Positions 1 through 12,993 of a stretch of 64,000 nucleotides of DNA are shown here, in pieces. Source of the DNA: the human T2T-CHM13v2.0 reference genome, Homo sapiens; NCBI RefSeq assembly GCF_009914755.1, contig NC_060932.1; one strand, given 5' to 3'. The notes under the pieces were generated by a model. The model was not told the DNA's origin and did no database searches. It saw nothing but the letters and a program-made list of their open reading frames with translations. Within the stretch, counting starts at the first letter, position 1. Each line of letters starts with the position of its first letter. The position numbers were made by a program, and so were the translations under genes.

Positions 1-165
1 AGCAATCCACCTCCTTTAAAGGGTCTGCGGATTCTCTTGGCTTTCCTGGTATGTTCCTATGGTGGTTCTTGGAGCAAAGGTTTATGATGTGGGTCTCCAC
101 ACACTGCTCTGTTTGTCCAAGTGGGAGCTGCAAGTTAGTCCTGCTTCCTATCTGCCATTTTCCTC
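1..165 (-). mobile_element. 5' end (5'UTR start) of an old primate L1 (L1PBa/L1PB-like), continuing off the left edge
   Basis: Reverse complement reads GGAAAATGGCAGATAGGAAGCAGGACTAACTTGCAGCTCCCACTTGGACAAACAGAGCAGTGTGTGGAGACCCACATC..., matching the recalled L1PB-type 5'UTR start with its YY1-like (A)AATGGC motif. Confidence 0.8.
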
Positions 166-2269
166 CCATCTGTTGCTTACTATTCATTCATTCCTGGCTA
201 ATTTCAGATAATCGCTGAAGAAGGATACCAACATTTCTTTTAGTTTTTGACTGCATTACATTACTCTTCTAATATGCTATAACATGACACTTTCTGTTTT
301 TTTCCCTTCTTGGAGGGAGCGATGGCTTCCATACAAAGTCTTATATGAATTTTTCCACTGATTTTTTCTTTTATAAGGCAGGGATACCTTCAAAATGTAA
401 TTATCAGCTTCCAAAATTCTTGATGAGTCTGTTACAAATACCAAAATCTGTCCAGAGAGAAAAAATTGCCCATGAGATTAGCCTGTTACACTTTAATCTG
501 GCTCCTTGCCAATGGTTTTCTATGGAATTTGGGTCAGATCATTTAATCTTCCTGTACCTCAATTTAATAATATTGATTTACCTTACTGGGCTGTCCTGAA
601 GATTAAGTAATATTGAATTGAAAAACATTTGGAAAATACAAGGATGAATGTAAAGGTTAAAAAAGAATGACCCCTCTTGACCAGAGAGGGAAGTTCAGGT
701 CTTGATTAATTCACATGACTATCTAGCCACATGCCATTCTCAAGGAATTCCTCTTGCAAGAAACAGACTATTCATTAAATTTGGAGCAATAGAAAGTCAC
801 CTTGTGAGATAAGATTGTTATATCTCTTGCTGACTTCAAATTATCCACATTTCGGTCACTATATTAATGATAATAGCAGGATAAAACAATGTTTCTGCTT
901 TTATACATTGTATATTCCCATTACTGTTTTTCAGAAGTACTTATTAGAGGAAAAACTGCCAGAATTTACCATGGTCCTAAGGCATAATATACTACAGCTC
1001 TGAAAGTAATAGACAGACTCTATGTTTAGAGTAACTGAGATGTCTCCTCTGTTTGATTTCTATGGATATTTTATCATTTGGGGAGCAAAATGGGTCATTA
1101 TAATTCATTTCACATCCTAATTTTCATGGCTTAAGGTAGTTTATCTTCAAGAGTATACAGATTGGGCCATCAAGATCTGCCCAGATAATGGAATATATAA
1201 GTCATGTTCTTTTGTTATTTCATTTTAAGAGGAGTTTGTTCACTGCTGCTTCATTCTGTGCCCTGGTTGAACACTGTTATTGCATACAACTCTGAAGTTA
1301 ATTTTTATTTGCTAACTTATTTTATTTGCTTATTTGTGCAGCTGTATTAATGGCCGATTTCTCTTTCAAGGCCCTTGGATCAGGATATTAAGGAGAAAAA
1401 AATGGTGAACCTAGCCAACATTCCATCCTTCCAATCATCAGAGGTGAGATGGTTATAATGCTTCCTCTTTGAGGAGGGAAGGCAGTATAACGTGAAGCCA
1501 AGGACTCAGTGGTAGGCGTGGAATGGCTTTGCGAAATCCCTGATTCTTGGTTGCCCCTTTGAGTTTCCATGTTTCCTGTTGGCTTTAAGGCAGTCTCTAA
1601 ATTATCATGACCTTTCCTGTGTTGTCGCTTAACACTGTAGCTTGTTAAGTCCTAGAGAAGATGTGTGGGTTATCCTCCTATTCCTTACCTGTAGGAGATA
1701 CTTGGCTGTGGTAACCTGTCAGGACTCAGGGCCTCTTGTGGGTCACTTGTGGAAGCAATCTGACTAGAGGTGAGAGGTGACAAGCCTGTCTTCACTTTTT
1801 AGAGCCATGAGTGTTGGGCTCTCCATCTGACATCACCCCCTACCCTGCATCCTGAGAAGGGGCTCCCTGTGAGAGCCTGCTCTTCTGTGCTGTTCTCTGA
1901 AAATACCTTCTCTTCTTTCCTTACACTTTCCAAACTTTACTAACAGAGAATTTGCAGCATCTTGAAGATCTCTAATCAATCTGATGTTAGTGTAAATAAC
2001 CTCTGAAGTCAATTGTTTTAATAGAGAGTGGTTACATTTTCTCTTCAAGAGTGCTCATCTATACTACCTATTGCAACTGCCTTTTGGATCCAAATACGTA
2101 AGTGGTATCTCCTCCTCCTTTCCTTAAATGCACAGTTAAAAATCTAAGAGAAGATATTCAATCACTACCAAACACTCACTGAAATGATTTTCTAGGGGTG
2201 CCTGTTCAAAATGTAGAGTTTCTGACCTTAGCCAAGGAATACTGACAGCAGGTGAATATTATACAGGTA

Positions 2270-2805
2270 TGGGGTAGTTTGCCTCCAAGCTAGCTGTCAT
2301 CAGTTCCTTCCCTCCTTGTATGGAAATGCCATTCTGCTGTCAAGGAACAAAGTCTGTTATTTCACCTCTTCAGGTCAGGCTGGCCTGTGGCTGCTTTGAT
2401 CAATAGAATACACAATAAGTTACACTAGGGTTTGAGTGGGCAGTTTCCACCTGGTTTTCTTGGAATTCTCAGCCTGTAAGATGTTACCTACCGCTGAGAA
2501 GTCTAACTACCCTGAGGACACCATGGTTAAGGATGCCCACACTGGCCACATGGAAGGGCGTTGTTGGAGATGTGATTATTCAGCCCAATCTGGTCCAGCC
2601 ATCCCAGCCCAGGGGCCAGACATGTAGGTGAAGAAGCCTTCAAGCAACTACATTCCCAGCCACAATCAGACTGTAGCTGCATGGGAAACCAGAAGATAGA
2701 ACTCTCCAGCTGAGTTCCACTAGCCTCCAGGTCCACAGGATATTATAGTAAAATATTCATTTTTTTAAAGCCACTAGACTCTGGAAGTATGCAGCAGCAA
2801 GTAGA
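2270..2805 (+). mobile_element. MLT1G/MLT1H-like MaLR solo LTR
   Basis: MLT1 motifs ggctggcctgtggctgctttgatcaatagaat, ccagccatcccagcccaggggccagacatgtaggtgaagaagcc and ttttaaagccacta. Confidence 0.7.
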
Positions 2806-3944
2806 CTTTCATGCCGGTTTCAGTGGACAACACTGAGAAATACTGTTAGGTTATCAGCCAAAGACACTACAGCATTAATGTGTTCAGGCTGTGAATGACT
2901 TAAAAACTTCAGCCCCCTTTGCTTCACTGACAAAAGCACTTCCAGTTTCTTATCTCTTTAGTCACTATCCAACATCTTAATATCGTCTAGCTCTTGGCTT
3001 GGCTCTTACAGGAGACATAGAATTGTAGTAGCATTTGGCCTCTATGGTTGGATGATTGCCTGATTGTTCAATATGAGCCCAGTCCTGGATTCTCTTCTGG
3101 CAAACAAAGCAGGTCATGGTTTATGCTTACTTCAGACACCTCTGCCACGGATTTCATTTCCCCTACCAAGAAAGACACCAATTAGAAAAGACATATCATA
3201 TCCTGAAATCCTGGAAAGCTAACTCAAAAATCTCCCTAACCTAAGGTTGTCATGGAAACTTCCTCAGAATCATCACTCTAATAAGCTATCCCTACAGTGC
3301 ATACACTTTGCTACCTTTCTCAAATATCCAGTCTGGAACAGTGTATGACATCGACTTCTAAAACGCCAATGTCAGAGTTTTTTTCCTACCCTTCCTCTGA
3401 CTTATGCTAGTGTTTCCAGAACAGGCACAGCATCATGCAGGTTTTAGGTTCTCCAGCTCAGGTGCCATGGTGAAAATGCTGTTCTGTTTCGATTCTGGAG
3501 TAGTGGTTGACTTACAAAGGCAAGTGGGTCCTCCTTCAGAATTAACTGCATCCCAGAATGAACTGCTGTAGTGTAGCCCAGATGGAGGCCTCCCCACATT
3601 CTCTTCAAGAGCCACCTTTCTCCTATGCATGCCTCCATCATAAACAACCAACCAAATGGAACCCAGAGCCTATATGACCACAATGTAAAAATAATTCATT
3701 TATAAATCACATATGAAATATATATACACAAATACAACTTTAAATGAATGAGATTATAAATGAATGGAAATTGTCATTGTAGCATAACCCAGGAGATCTT
3801 CTTGCATATCATTCGTGGAAGCTGCTGGTGGAGTACATTCAGGGGAAGCACTCGTCCCACTGCCAGGCCCCTATCTGTGTTGCAGCCCCACCCTTCTCTC
3901 AGGTCCACTCTGACCTTTGTGTACTGCCTTAGATTCCCCCATTA

Positions 3945-4303
<359 letters not shown>

Positions 4304-4500
4304 GCAAAAATGAAAAGAGTAGTGCAATGAACACTCATTTATCCATCATCCAGCTTAAAGGAAAGAATGGTCAAACTGCTTTCAACAATATCATCCTTCT
4401 CCCCACCTCCTATATTCTTGTCTTCAGTATTTTATTTTGAACAAAATCATAAATTTCTTTTTCACAATATTTCATTTTACATCTCTAAGTGATAAATACT

Positions 4501-4740
4501 TTTTTTATTGGCATGAAAAGTTTTTCTTTAGAATTTGATCCACAATCTATACAGGTTATTTACAAGTCATGAAACTGGAAAACAGCACAAAATACAATTG
4601 AGGTATAAGCTCAGAGCATAGTAAGTATGTCATGTTTCAATAAATATAACTTGAAATTTGTAAACTAGGTGACCAGATACATGAGTCTCATTTTTAGTAA
4701 AACCATATAAAATATTTATTTCACGTGAGGTAGAGGACAA
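4501..4740 (-). pseudogene. Retroposed 3'-UTR-like fragment of an unidentified mRNA with a short poly(A) remnant
   Basis: Non-repeat AT-rich sequence interrupting the L1MC. The minus strand ends ...ttctaaagaaaaacttttcatgccaat-AAAAAAA (degenerate poly(A) signal plus tail) and lies between candidate TSDs. Confidence 0.6.
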
Positions 4741-4741
4741 T

Positions 4742-4814
4742 TACCACCCTGAGTGCGCCCCATCTAGTCTGATCTCAGAAGCTAAGCAGGGTCAGGCCTG
4801 GATAGCGCTTGGAT
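4742..4814 (+). pseudogene. 5S rRNA pseudogene fragment (approx. nt 12-84 of 5S)
   Basis: taccaccctgagtgcgccccatctagtctgatctcagaagctaagcagggtcaggcctggatagcgcttggat vs 5S TACCACCCTGAACGCGCCCGATCTCGTCTGATCTCGGAAGCTAAGCAGGGTCGGGCCTGGTTAGTACTTGGAT; 64/73 identical by hand, includes box A AGCTAAGCAGGG. Confidence 0.95.
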
Positions 4815-5244
4815 AAAGATTTTTTAAACCTATTATACCACTATCACATTCACCAAAATTAACAATAATTCCTTAGTCTCCTAAAACATCCATTCAATGT
4901 TTAAATGTCCCCAATTTTCTCATGCAGTTTTAGATGTGTTTCTTCAAATCAGAATGCAAACAAGGTTCACACATTTTAATTTGTTGATATGTCTCTTAAA
5001 TATTTTTAAAAATCTATAACCTCTTTCATTTGTTTTGTTTTGGTCCTTTCAAGTTCTCCATGGTCTGGATTTTGCTGATTGCATTCCTGTGGCATTTTAA
5101 AAACCTGTTTCTATCCTTCCTATATGTTCTAGAAAGTGATAGTTAAATCTGTAGACTCGATCAGATTAAAGTTAAAATGTTTTGCCTCTATTTTTTTATT
5201 CTTCCAAGTCTAGGTCAACTTTACCATAGTTCGCTGATGGTTCA

Positions 5245-5913
5245 TGTATTAGTTATCTGTGGCTGCATAACAAATTACCACAACAGTAGTGGCTTACAGC
5301 AATGCACACTTAACATGTCAAAACATTGGTGGGTCAGGAGTCCAGGCATGACTGAACTGGATCATCTGCTTAGAGGTCTCACAGGGATATAATCATGGTG
5401 TTGGGCAGAGCTGCAGTCTAATTTGACACCCACCTCAAACAAGAAATATCCCCTTCCATGCTCATTCAGGTTGGCAGAATTTCTGCCTTGCATTTCTGTT
5501 TCTTGCTGGCTTTGGTTCAAGGCCACCCTCATCTCCTAGAAGTTGTTCAAAGTTATTTGTCACATGGACAGCTCCTAACAAGGCAGCTTGCTTCTTCCAA
5601 AGCCAGCCAGGAAGAGAGAAGACTCCAGCAAACTAGGCAGTATAATCTTAAGGTCATAATCATGTACACATAATTAGATAAATCCTTCCCATTTTGCCAT
5701 ATTTTAACTAAATAGAATATTATTTATATTCTAACTAATAGAATATGGCCAAATGGACAGGATTTATCCAATTATATGTACATGATTATGAGCCTGATAT
5801 TATCTAATATTCTAGTAGCAAGTCACAGGTCACTCCAGGGGAAATAACTATCTATGGGCATGAACATCAAGAGGTAGGGTCATTTGGTACCCACCCTACA
5901 GTCTGCCCACCAC
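5245..5913 (-). mobile_element. MLT1E/MLT1F-like solo LTR containing an internal inverted duplication
   Basis: tgtattagttatctgtggctgcataacaaattaccac at one end, gtctgcccaccac at the other; gggtcaggagtccaggcatg and ggcagcttgcttcttccaaagccagc. Confidence 0.8.
5642..5803. repeat. Imperfect inverted repeat, ~77-bp arms with a ~6-nt spacer
   Basis: Left arm tcataatcatgtacacataattagataaatccttcccattttgccatatt; right arm reverse complement tcataatcatgtacatataattggataaatcctgtccatttggccatatt. Confidence 0.9.
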
Positions 5914-6698
5914 TCTTTGAGAATATCGAAGGGGAATACAGCACAGCATAGAATGCTGGTGACTTTCACTTTAATGTGTATTAGATATACCATCGTTTTG
6001 GGCAGTCCTGCCACTAGGAACTTTTCACTGGCCACTTCTCTCTTTTTGGCTCTCACTTATGCCCTTCAAAGTAGGTTTTGTGCCATCCAAACACTGGGCC
6101 TCATCTCCTCTTCCTGGACTGTTCTGAATGGTTTGATTTTCCTCTGCAAAGAAAATTTAGTTCTCTTTGCTCCAATCTTTCATTTTCCTGGCCATTCCCT
6201 AAGGCCTTTTCCCCACAGCTAAATGGCTTAGCGAAGTGTTTTTGCTAAAAAGTAATAAAAAACAAAAATCTATATTTTCCAGTCTTCATTTACATGAGCA
6301 ACACACCACAGTTATCCTGTTTACCACAGTATTCAGCACAATTTGAAATGCTTTCAGAAGCTGAACAATGAAGAATCTCATGGACAGGTTATTGCTGCAC
6401 AAGGTCTTGCCTGTCCTTCTTCACAGTGGGGGCTACACGATTTCCTGTCTCCTAAAGTCCTTAAGGATTTCAAAATGTTCCTTATATATGGGTGAGACTT
6501 AGGCTCATTAAACCAAAGGTATTTTGCTGATCACAGCTGTGGGAGTCTACAGGCTTCAGTATTCCTGTTCATCTGCTCAAATCAAGCAGTTCACTTACAG
6601 AAAAGAGGAAAGAATAAGAAAATCCTGACTCAATGACAAATTTAAGTTCTTGGTCATAGGAGGGGAAAAAAGCTGTTTCCCAGGAGATCTCTCCAGCA

Positions 6699-6914
6699 TA
6701 GTGATTCTCAAACTTAAGTGAGCATCAGAATCATCTGGAGAGCCTATTAAAATACAGATTACTGGGTGCCACCTTCAGATTTCAGTATCTGGGGATGCCA
6801 CTCCCAGATTTTTATTCAATAAGGCAGTAGTGGTGCCCAAGAATTTGCATATCTAACAAGTTGCCAGGTGGTACTAATGCTGCTGGTGTGAGGACAACAC
6901 TTGGAAAACCACTG
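6699..6914. mobile_element. MER5A (hAT-Charlie MITE)
   Basis: Termini tagtgattctcaaactt ... ttggaaaaccactg; gcatcagaatcatctggagag and gaatttgcatatctaacaagtt. Confidence 0.85.
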
Positions 6915-8135
6915 CTCTAATATATTGTTCAAAATACCTCCCAACAAGACAAAATGGGGTAGGAACACATAGATAACAATGCCTGCAAATTCTGAAGGTC
7001 ATGCCACCTTAGCAGTAGCCATGCCAAGTAGCATAGCAGACAAAATGTCCAAGTAGTCACAGACTCACTAGCAGTGCCACTGAGTTTTCCAGGGTAATCA
7101 TGGTTTTCTAGATAGAGCCATATAACTACAAGATCTGAGATGGTATATACGGCTGTCTTTGAAGAGGATTTGAAGCCATGAAGAATTGAGGTATTGATGA
7201 GTACAACTGAAGTTCACTGGACTCAATATAGCACCGTGAGAGAAGCTGAATGTTGAGATTATAATCAATCGGTCATTAGCAGTAACATTTTAAAATTAAA
7301 GAGAAGTCATTAAGATGCCTATTGGAACTTTTACACATTTCACTACTTGGATTCATCCATTGTTACCAATAAAGAAAAACTTGTTCCTAGTGTTTGCAGA
7401 AAACGATTTGTAATGACCCTTCTTAAATACTTGGTGGTAGGCAGTATTTTTTATTGGTTTGATTTGTTGGGCTGTTGTTCTTTAAATAAGTATACTGTTT
7501 AGGTCATTTGTAAGACTATAAATGGAAAATAAATCCCTGAGCCTTACAAAAAATATTTTAAAAAACCAACTTCGATATAAAGTAATTTTCATACCTAATA
7601 TGTTCCTAAATAATTAATTTTACTACTTCCTTGCACTTCTAAAAGCATTATTTCAAGAAACAACAATATTCTTTTGTAAGGCATTTTGTTTAGAGACAGG
7701 CAAATGCCTATGGTTTCATCAAAGCCCACAGATGAAAACAAAACAAAACAAAAATGTCAAAGCAGCATCATTTTAGGTGTAGTATAAAAAATAAGAAGTA
7801 TTTCATTGAGTCACATGGTGAATTTTCTCCCCAATATTTCTAGTTGTTATGTGGTCCATGAACAGTGTGAATAGTCAATGAGTCATGTATCACTGGAGAG
7901 AAGCAGTGAATAAGAAAGGTGGGAGCAGAGTTTCTCCAATGTGCATCTTAAATCCGGGCATCTCAGCCATTCTTAGATGCAGTCATTATTGTCCTTGGAG
8001 GAGAATTCACAGATGATGCTGGAAAAGTTATCTTGGCTTTATCTCCTTTCTCTACTAATATTCGCCACTATCTGATCTATACACCAAAGGTAATTTTTTT
8101 CTTTCTCCTCTCCCTATACATGTGATTTCAGTATC

Positions 8136-8200
8136 TGTTAGGTTGAACCACTTGATGATTTTCAATCCACATAAACAATTTCATATACCACAACCTAGTA
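8136..8200. mobile_element. MADE2-like mariner MITE, degenerate
   Basis: Inverted termini ttaggttgaacca ... caatttcatataccacaacctagta. Confidence 0.55.
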
Positions 8201-8677
8201 CTTTATCAGGAACAGTGATTATAATACGTATATTTATAACTAGAAAGTGCTGTAGAGAACACAGAAATTCAAATCTGACCACATTTGGATTTAAATTCTT
8301 TTAGTATAGTCACTTGTAAATTTCATTATGACTTTTTAAAATAAAAAAATTCATTCATAATTTTTGGCATCCAGGTATCTAATCTAGACAGACTTAAAAT
8401 ACCATGGGGAAGGGAGTGCTGGTAGGTTACCCACGGACTTTTTCTTCTTCAGTTATAAAAAGATTACTTAAAGTAATTATTGAATGAACAATCAATTGCA
8501 GAAAGAACTTGAATATTATAAAATTCACACATAAGTGGAAAACTAAAGTCCTACAAAAAGTTCATATTGTACCTTACAAAATCTTCAAAAATACAGGACA
8601 GACTCGATTTCAACATCTGGGCTCAGTCAACACATAAGAGAAAACTTGGCAGTAAATTTGGGAAGTAGAAGCCATAT

Positions 8678-8820
8678 TCATTGATCCATTTATTTACCTA
8701 TGTGTCTGGTTAATATTTGTTGATTGCCTACCTTAGGCCTGACACTGTTGTATCAACTGGGTTTACACTCATGTAAAAGACAGAGACATCCTCTTCTCTC
8801 ATTGAATCTACCTTCTATTC
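8678..8820 (-). mobile_element. L2 3' end fragment
   Basis: ttcattgatccatttattt...aatatttgttgattgcctac...cctgacactgttg...ctcattgaatctaccttcta. Confidence 0.65.
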
Positions 8821-9089
8821 CAATCATATTGCCACTAAGAAGGGTGAGAATGGTCCAATTACCTATACAAATGCCTGACTAATGATCCACTGGCTGTGTA
8901 TACCAAACTGACTATGGTTTATCTTATATATCTGACTTTTATTTTTTGTTTAGGATTATTTCTTCATTCACACTCTGAATGTCTTTTACCTAATGTTCTT
9001 GCCTAATCGTTCTGGCTAGAACCCCTAATAAATGTTGATTAGAAGTGTCAAGAGCAGACATCCTTACCTTCTTTTTTTAAAAAAAACCA

Positions 9090-9437
9090 CTTTTTTAAGG
9101 TGGAATTGACATTTAAGATCTGTAAAGTATGCAACTCGAGGAGTTTGGGGATAGGTATTCACCTGTGAAACCATCACTACTGTCCAGGTCATGTGCATGT
9201 CCATCACCTTCCAAAGTTTCCTCTCATCCCCTTCATTATCATTATAGTTTTATGTGCATGGCAAGAACATTTAACATAAGATCTACCATCTTGGCAGATT
9301 TTAAATATACAATACAGCAAAGTTAGCTTAGGTATTATGCTGTATAGTTGATCTTCAGAACTTATTTATCTTGCATAACTGAAACTATAGCGTTTGACCA
9401 CCACTTTCCCATTCCCCCGTCCCCCAGGCCCTGGCAG
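9090..9437 (-). mobile_element. L1MA9/L1MA10-like 3' end
   Basis: tccatcaccttccaaagtttcctc, aacatttaacataagatctacc, cagaacttatttatcttgcataactgaaact. Confidence 0.8.
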
Positions 9438-9654
9438 ACTTTCATTAGAAGAATAGTTACAAGAAGCATAATGAACTTGATAATGATATACTTTCATACA
9501 GTCTGGATTCTGTTCTCTTGGAACTAAAATTTCTTAATAACAAAATGTTATTTTTTGCAGTGTGACTCTACAAGTTTTATGTCCTACCTCACATGTGTTA
9601 AAAGAACTCTGATTTCTTCCCAGCTCCTATGGTCAAGGGGAAATAGATTATCTG

Positions 9655-9868
9655 ACTCAGTTATTCCCAGGCAGGGACTTTGAGCAATGTCTCAGGCAGG
9701 CATATTTTGTTGTCACTAGTGGCATCTGGTGGCTAGTAGTCAGGGTCCCCCACTGCTAAACATTGCTACAAGGCACAGTGCAACAAGCCCCTGCTCTTAC
9801 CCCTCCCCGTCCCAAACAAAAAGTATTCCTGCCCCAAATATCAATAGTGTTGAGGTAGAGAAGCTCTG
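9655..9868. mobile_element. MER20 (hAT-Charlie)
   Basis: gcaatgtctc...ttttgttgtcac...ggcatctggtgg...tgctaaacat...gccccaaatatcaatagtgttgaggtagagaagctctg. Confidence 0.75.
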
Positions 9869-10824
9869 CTCTTACTAATATAAAAGATTTATTCTCTTCA
9901 CATCTTATTTTTTCTCTGTCTCTAAACCTGATTTTGAAAGTTTGACTCCGTTGGTTTATCCAACCATTGATTTATTAATACATTCCTCCCAAAACCATTA
10001 AGACGTTGTGGGGGATACAAAGATAGAGAAAACAGGATAGTTGGTCTCTAATTTATATCTGACTTCAGGAACCTACTTTACACATCACTGGAGAATCATG
10101 TGGTTTTCTGAGAAGGAAGAGTGACCAATTAAACATTCCTTTGGACAATCACACCAGGACAAATTTTGTGCATTCTGCTCACCTTTCCAGTTCTCTCTGG
10201 CTTGAAGTGAATGCCATTTTGCATGGTAGAAGTCTCGTTCTGAATTATTTGGAAGAGAAAAATGCAGTTCTATTGTTCAAACTGCATCAAAGGCAGAACC
10301 ATGTGGGGGTGAGAAGGACAGGAAAATACGACCCTTTGTAATTATAATGTGTGGAAGATGTTTGGCTTAATAACAGGTTACAAAACAGATTTCTTAATCT
10401 AAAACGATAAAATCTCCTGAATAGGGGCAAGCTGATATCTCAGATAATGAACAAATAAGGCAATATTTATTCACATTGTACACCCTGGGGTAGATCTAAT
10501 AAGTCTTTCTTATCTACAGTTAGTCACATTTACACTTTAACGGTATACAATTATTCTTCAGTTGCACTAGAAATGATGATGAGTCAAATTGGGAAGAAAA
10601 AACATAAGAATTGTGTGACATATTTCTATCTGAATAGTCAAATATAGGTGTCCTTTGACTGCATTTGACTGAAAAAATATAGATACAGGAAAGCTAGGTA
10701 AAACAAAGAATACAATCGTATTTTTCATCATCAATCACTATTACACATACACTGTGCATGCATATACACACATGTATGAACACGTGTGTGCATGTATGTA
10801 TAGATGTGTGTATACACACGCACA

Positions 10825-11161
10825 CAGTGACCCTCTGTGTCCATGAGTTCCTCATCTGTGGATTCAAACAACTGCAGATGGAAAATATTAATTTAAAAGG
10901 ATGGTTCTGTCTGTACTGAATATGTACAGGCTTTTTTGGACATTATCCCATAAACAATACAGTATAACATCTATTTATATAGCATTTACATTGTAGTAGG
11001 TGTTATAAGATATAGAGATGATTTAACGTATACAGAAGAATATTTGCAGGTTATATGCAAATACTGTATTATTTTATATAAGGGAATTGAACACACAGAG
11101 ATTTTTTTGTATCTGCAGGGAGTTCTGAAATAAACTGCCCACAGATACTGAGGAACAACTG
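10825..11161 (-). mobile_element. MER2 (TcMar-Tigger MITE)
   Basis: TIRs cagtgaccctctgtgtccatg / cacagatactgaggaacaactg-TA; internal taaacaatacagtataac...agcatttacattgta...ggttatatgcaaatact. Confidence 0.85.
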
Positions 11162-11167
11162 TACAAA

Positions 11168-11195
11168 TACACACACACACACACACACACACACA
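11168..11195. repeat. (CA)n microsatellite
   Basis: About 13 CA units directly after MER2. Confidence 0.95.
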
Positions 11196-12856
11196 TTCTG
11201 TATTATTCAGAAACACCCACGTAATGAAGAAGTACCCTGCTTATCTTTTCTTTAAAGAGCTGATTAAGTGGCTCATGATAGAGCATTGTGCTATTTGCTC
11301 TTATCCTCAATTTTCCTCAGGATTCACCTAGAGTATGGCTATCTATCTGGAAACAGCTAAAATTAACAGAACAATTTAGAAAACCTACTGAGCCAAAGTT
11401 GCACGGAGAAGACTAAAAGAAGGGAGGAAGATGAGTGACTCAGGGGATTCTTAATGGAATTTTAAGCCTTTTGTATTCATGCTCCCTCAATTTATGGATG
11501 GTGCACTGTTCTCCTGGATACTTTAAAAGTGCTTTTTGGAAAACTCATTACTTCAAATTGGTGAAGGCAGATAGCAGTTGTGGTGTTTTAGGAGTGAGTT
11601 AGGACTAGAATCCACATTTCCAGCTCTGAATTTCTAGTGTTTTGAAACTTAGGTTCTAGGGAGCATCAGCAGTGACTCAGGAGCTGGTGCGGCACTCACA
11701 GCCCCTCCACCTTGGAAGCCTGCTCCAGCTTCTCACATAAAGCAGTCCAAAGGTCTGAAGGTGATTCTGAGAATTCACTGGTCCAGTATGACATATAGGG
11801 ATACCAAAAACAATCCAGTGATTCCCCCCAGAGCAGCTTACATTCCCAGGAGTGTACTAGGAGTGTTAGGGCTCCCAGAAGGGGACCCCTAAACACTCTC
11901 CACACTCACAGATGAGAATCTCTCAGGCTGGTTACTAATCCACAGTGGGTACTATCATTTCTGTGCACTCACCACCCCAGAAGACCCCTCCACTTCAGCT
12001 TACAGCCCTTGAGTGGTCACAAGATCTGCAGTAGTTCAACCATTTAAACATCTGGGACAGAAATAGTGGCTTTTCCTCAAACATCATCATAAGAATTGGC
12101 GCAGTGCTTTCCCAAGGCCCACACTCATTCCACTGCACTGTTTCCCAATATCTCAGAGAAAAACTGGGTGATGGATGGGCATTTCGTGAAAGATGCTTCC
12201 AACTCAGTTTTGTTATTATGGAGATAGATTCTCTCTTTAATTCATGACCATGAACTTCAAGTGGGCCCTGCAGGCAAAATGAGACAAAGAAAGAGGAGCG
12301 TCTAGAGAGATCTACAAGAAGCTATTGCCCACCTTATTGAAGTCTTTCCTGGCCAGGAATGCCAGCAGCCAGGAAGACCAGCTAGACACAAAGTAGAGGA
12401 GAGCAAGAGCAAGCTGCATGAATTTATCCCCACATCTCAGAGCAACCACTTCCTGAGGGTAATGACCATCATCTTCTCCTTTTGATGAATTCTAACCTAG
12501 AAGTGAACAGAGATGAGAATTCTGGAAAAGGTAGCTCCTGGCTTAACAAGTTAACAATAACACACCCCAGAAAAAAAATGATAGTCAACTTAGATAAGAC
12601 TAAAACTTCATTGTTAGATCTTACAGTGATGACCATGGCAAGAGCAAATTTGGTGGCATATTTAGAGCAAAGGGTTTATATCTGGAGTGGATTTATAAGA
12701 GACCAGTCAGAAATGATACATTTTTTGAGAAGTTTACAGTGGAGGAAGGCAAAGAAATGTGGTAGAAGCTAGGTGATAAGCAAGGCCAAGGGGGGATTTA
12801 TTTTTTAAGTTATTAAAAAATAGCAATATGTTTGTGCACTAGTGGGAATAATCCCA

Positions 12857-12993
12857 TAAGAGTGTGGTGCACATCTGTACTCCCAGCACTTTGGGAGTCT
12901 GAGCCTCCCAGGAGGCTGAGGCTTCAGTGAGCCTCCACTGCACTCCAGCAAGGGGTACAGAGTGAGACCCTGCCTCAAAAATAATAATAATAA
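12857..12993 (+). mobile_element. Alu monomer (FRAM/FLAM/FAM-like), rearranged
   Basis: gtgtggtgcacatctgtactcccagcactttgggag...ccactgcactccagc...acagagtgagaccctgcctc plus (AAT)n tail. Confidence 0.8.

Noticed and set aside
7807-7885. Two AP-1 heptamers (TGAGTCA) 72 bp apart
   Set aside because: 7-mers occur by chance several times in 64 kb and there is no independent support.
11640-12560. GC-richer stretch with ERVL/LTR-like end motifs
   Set aside because: Probably old LTR or hAT debris, but I cannot assign a family or boundaries from memory.
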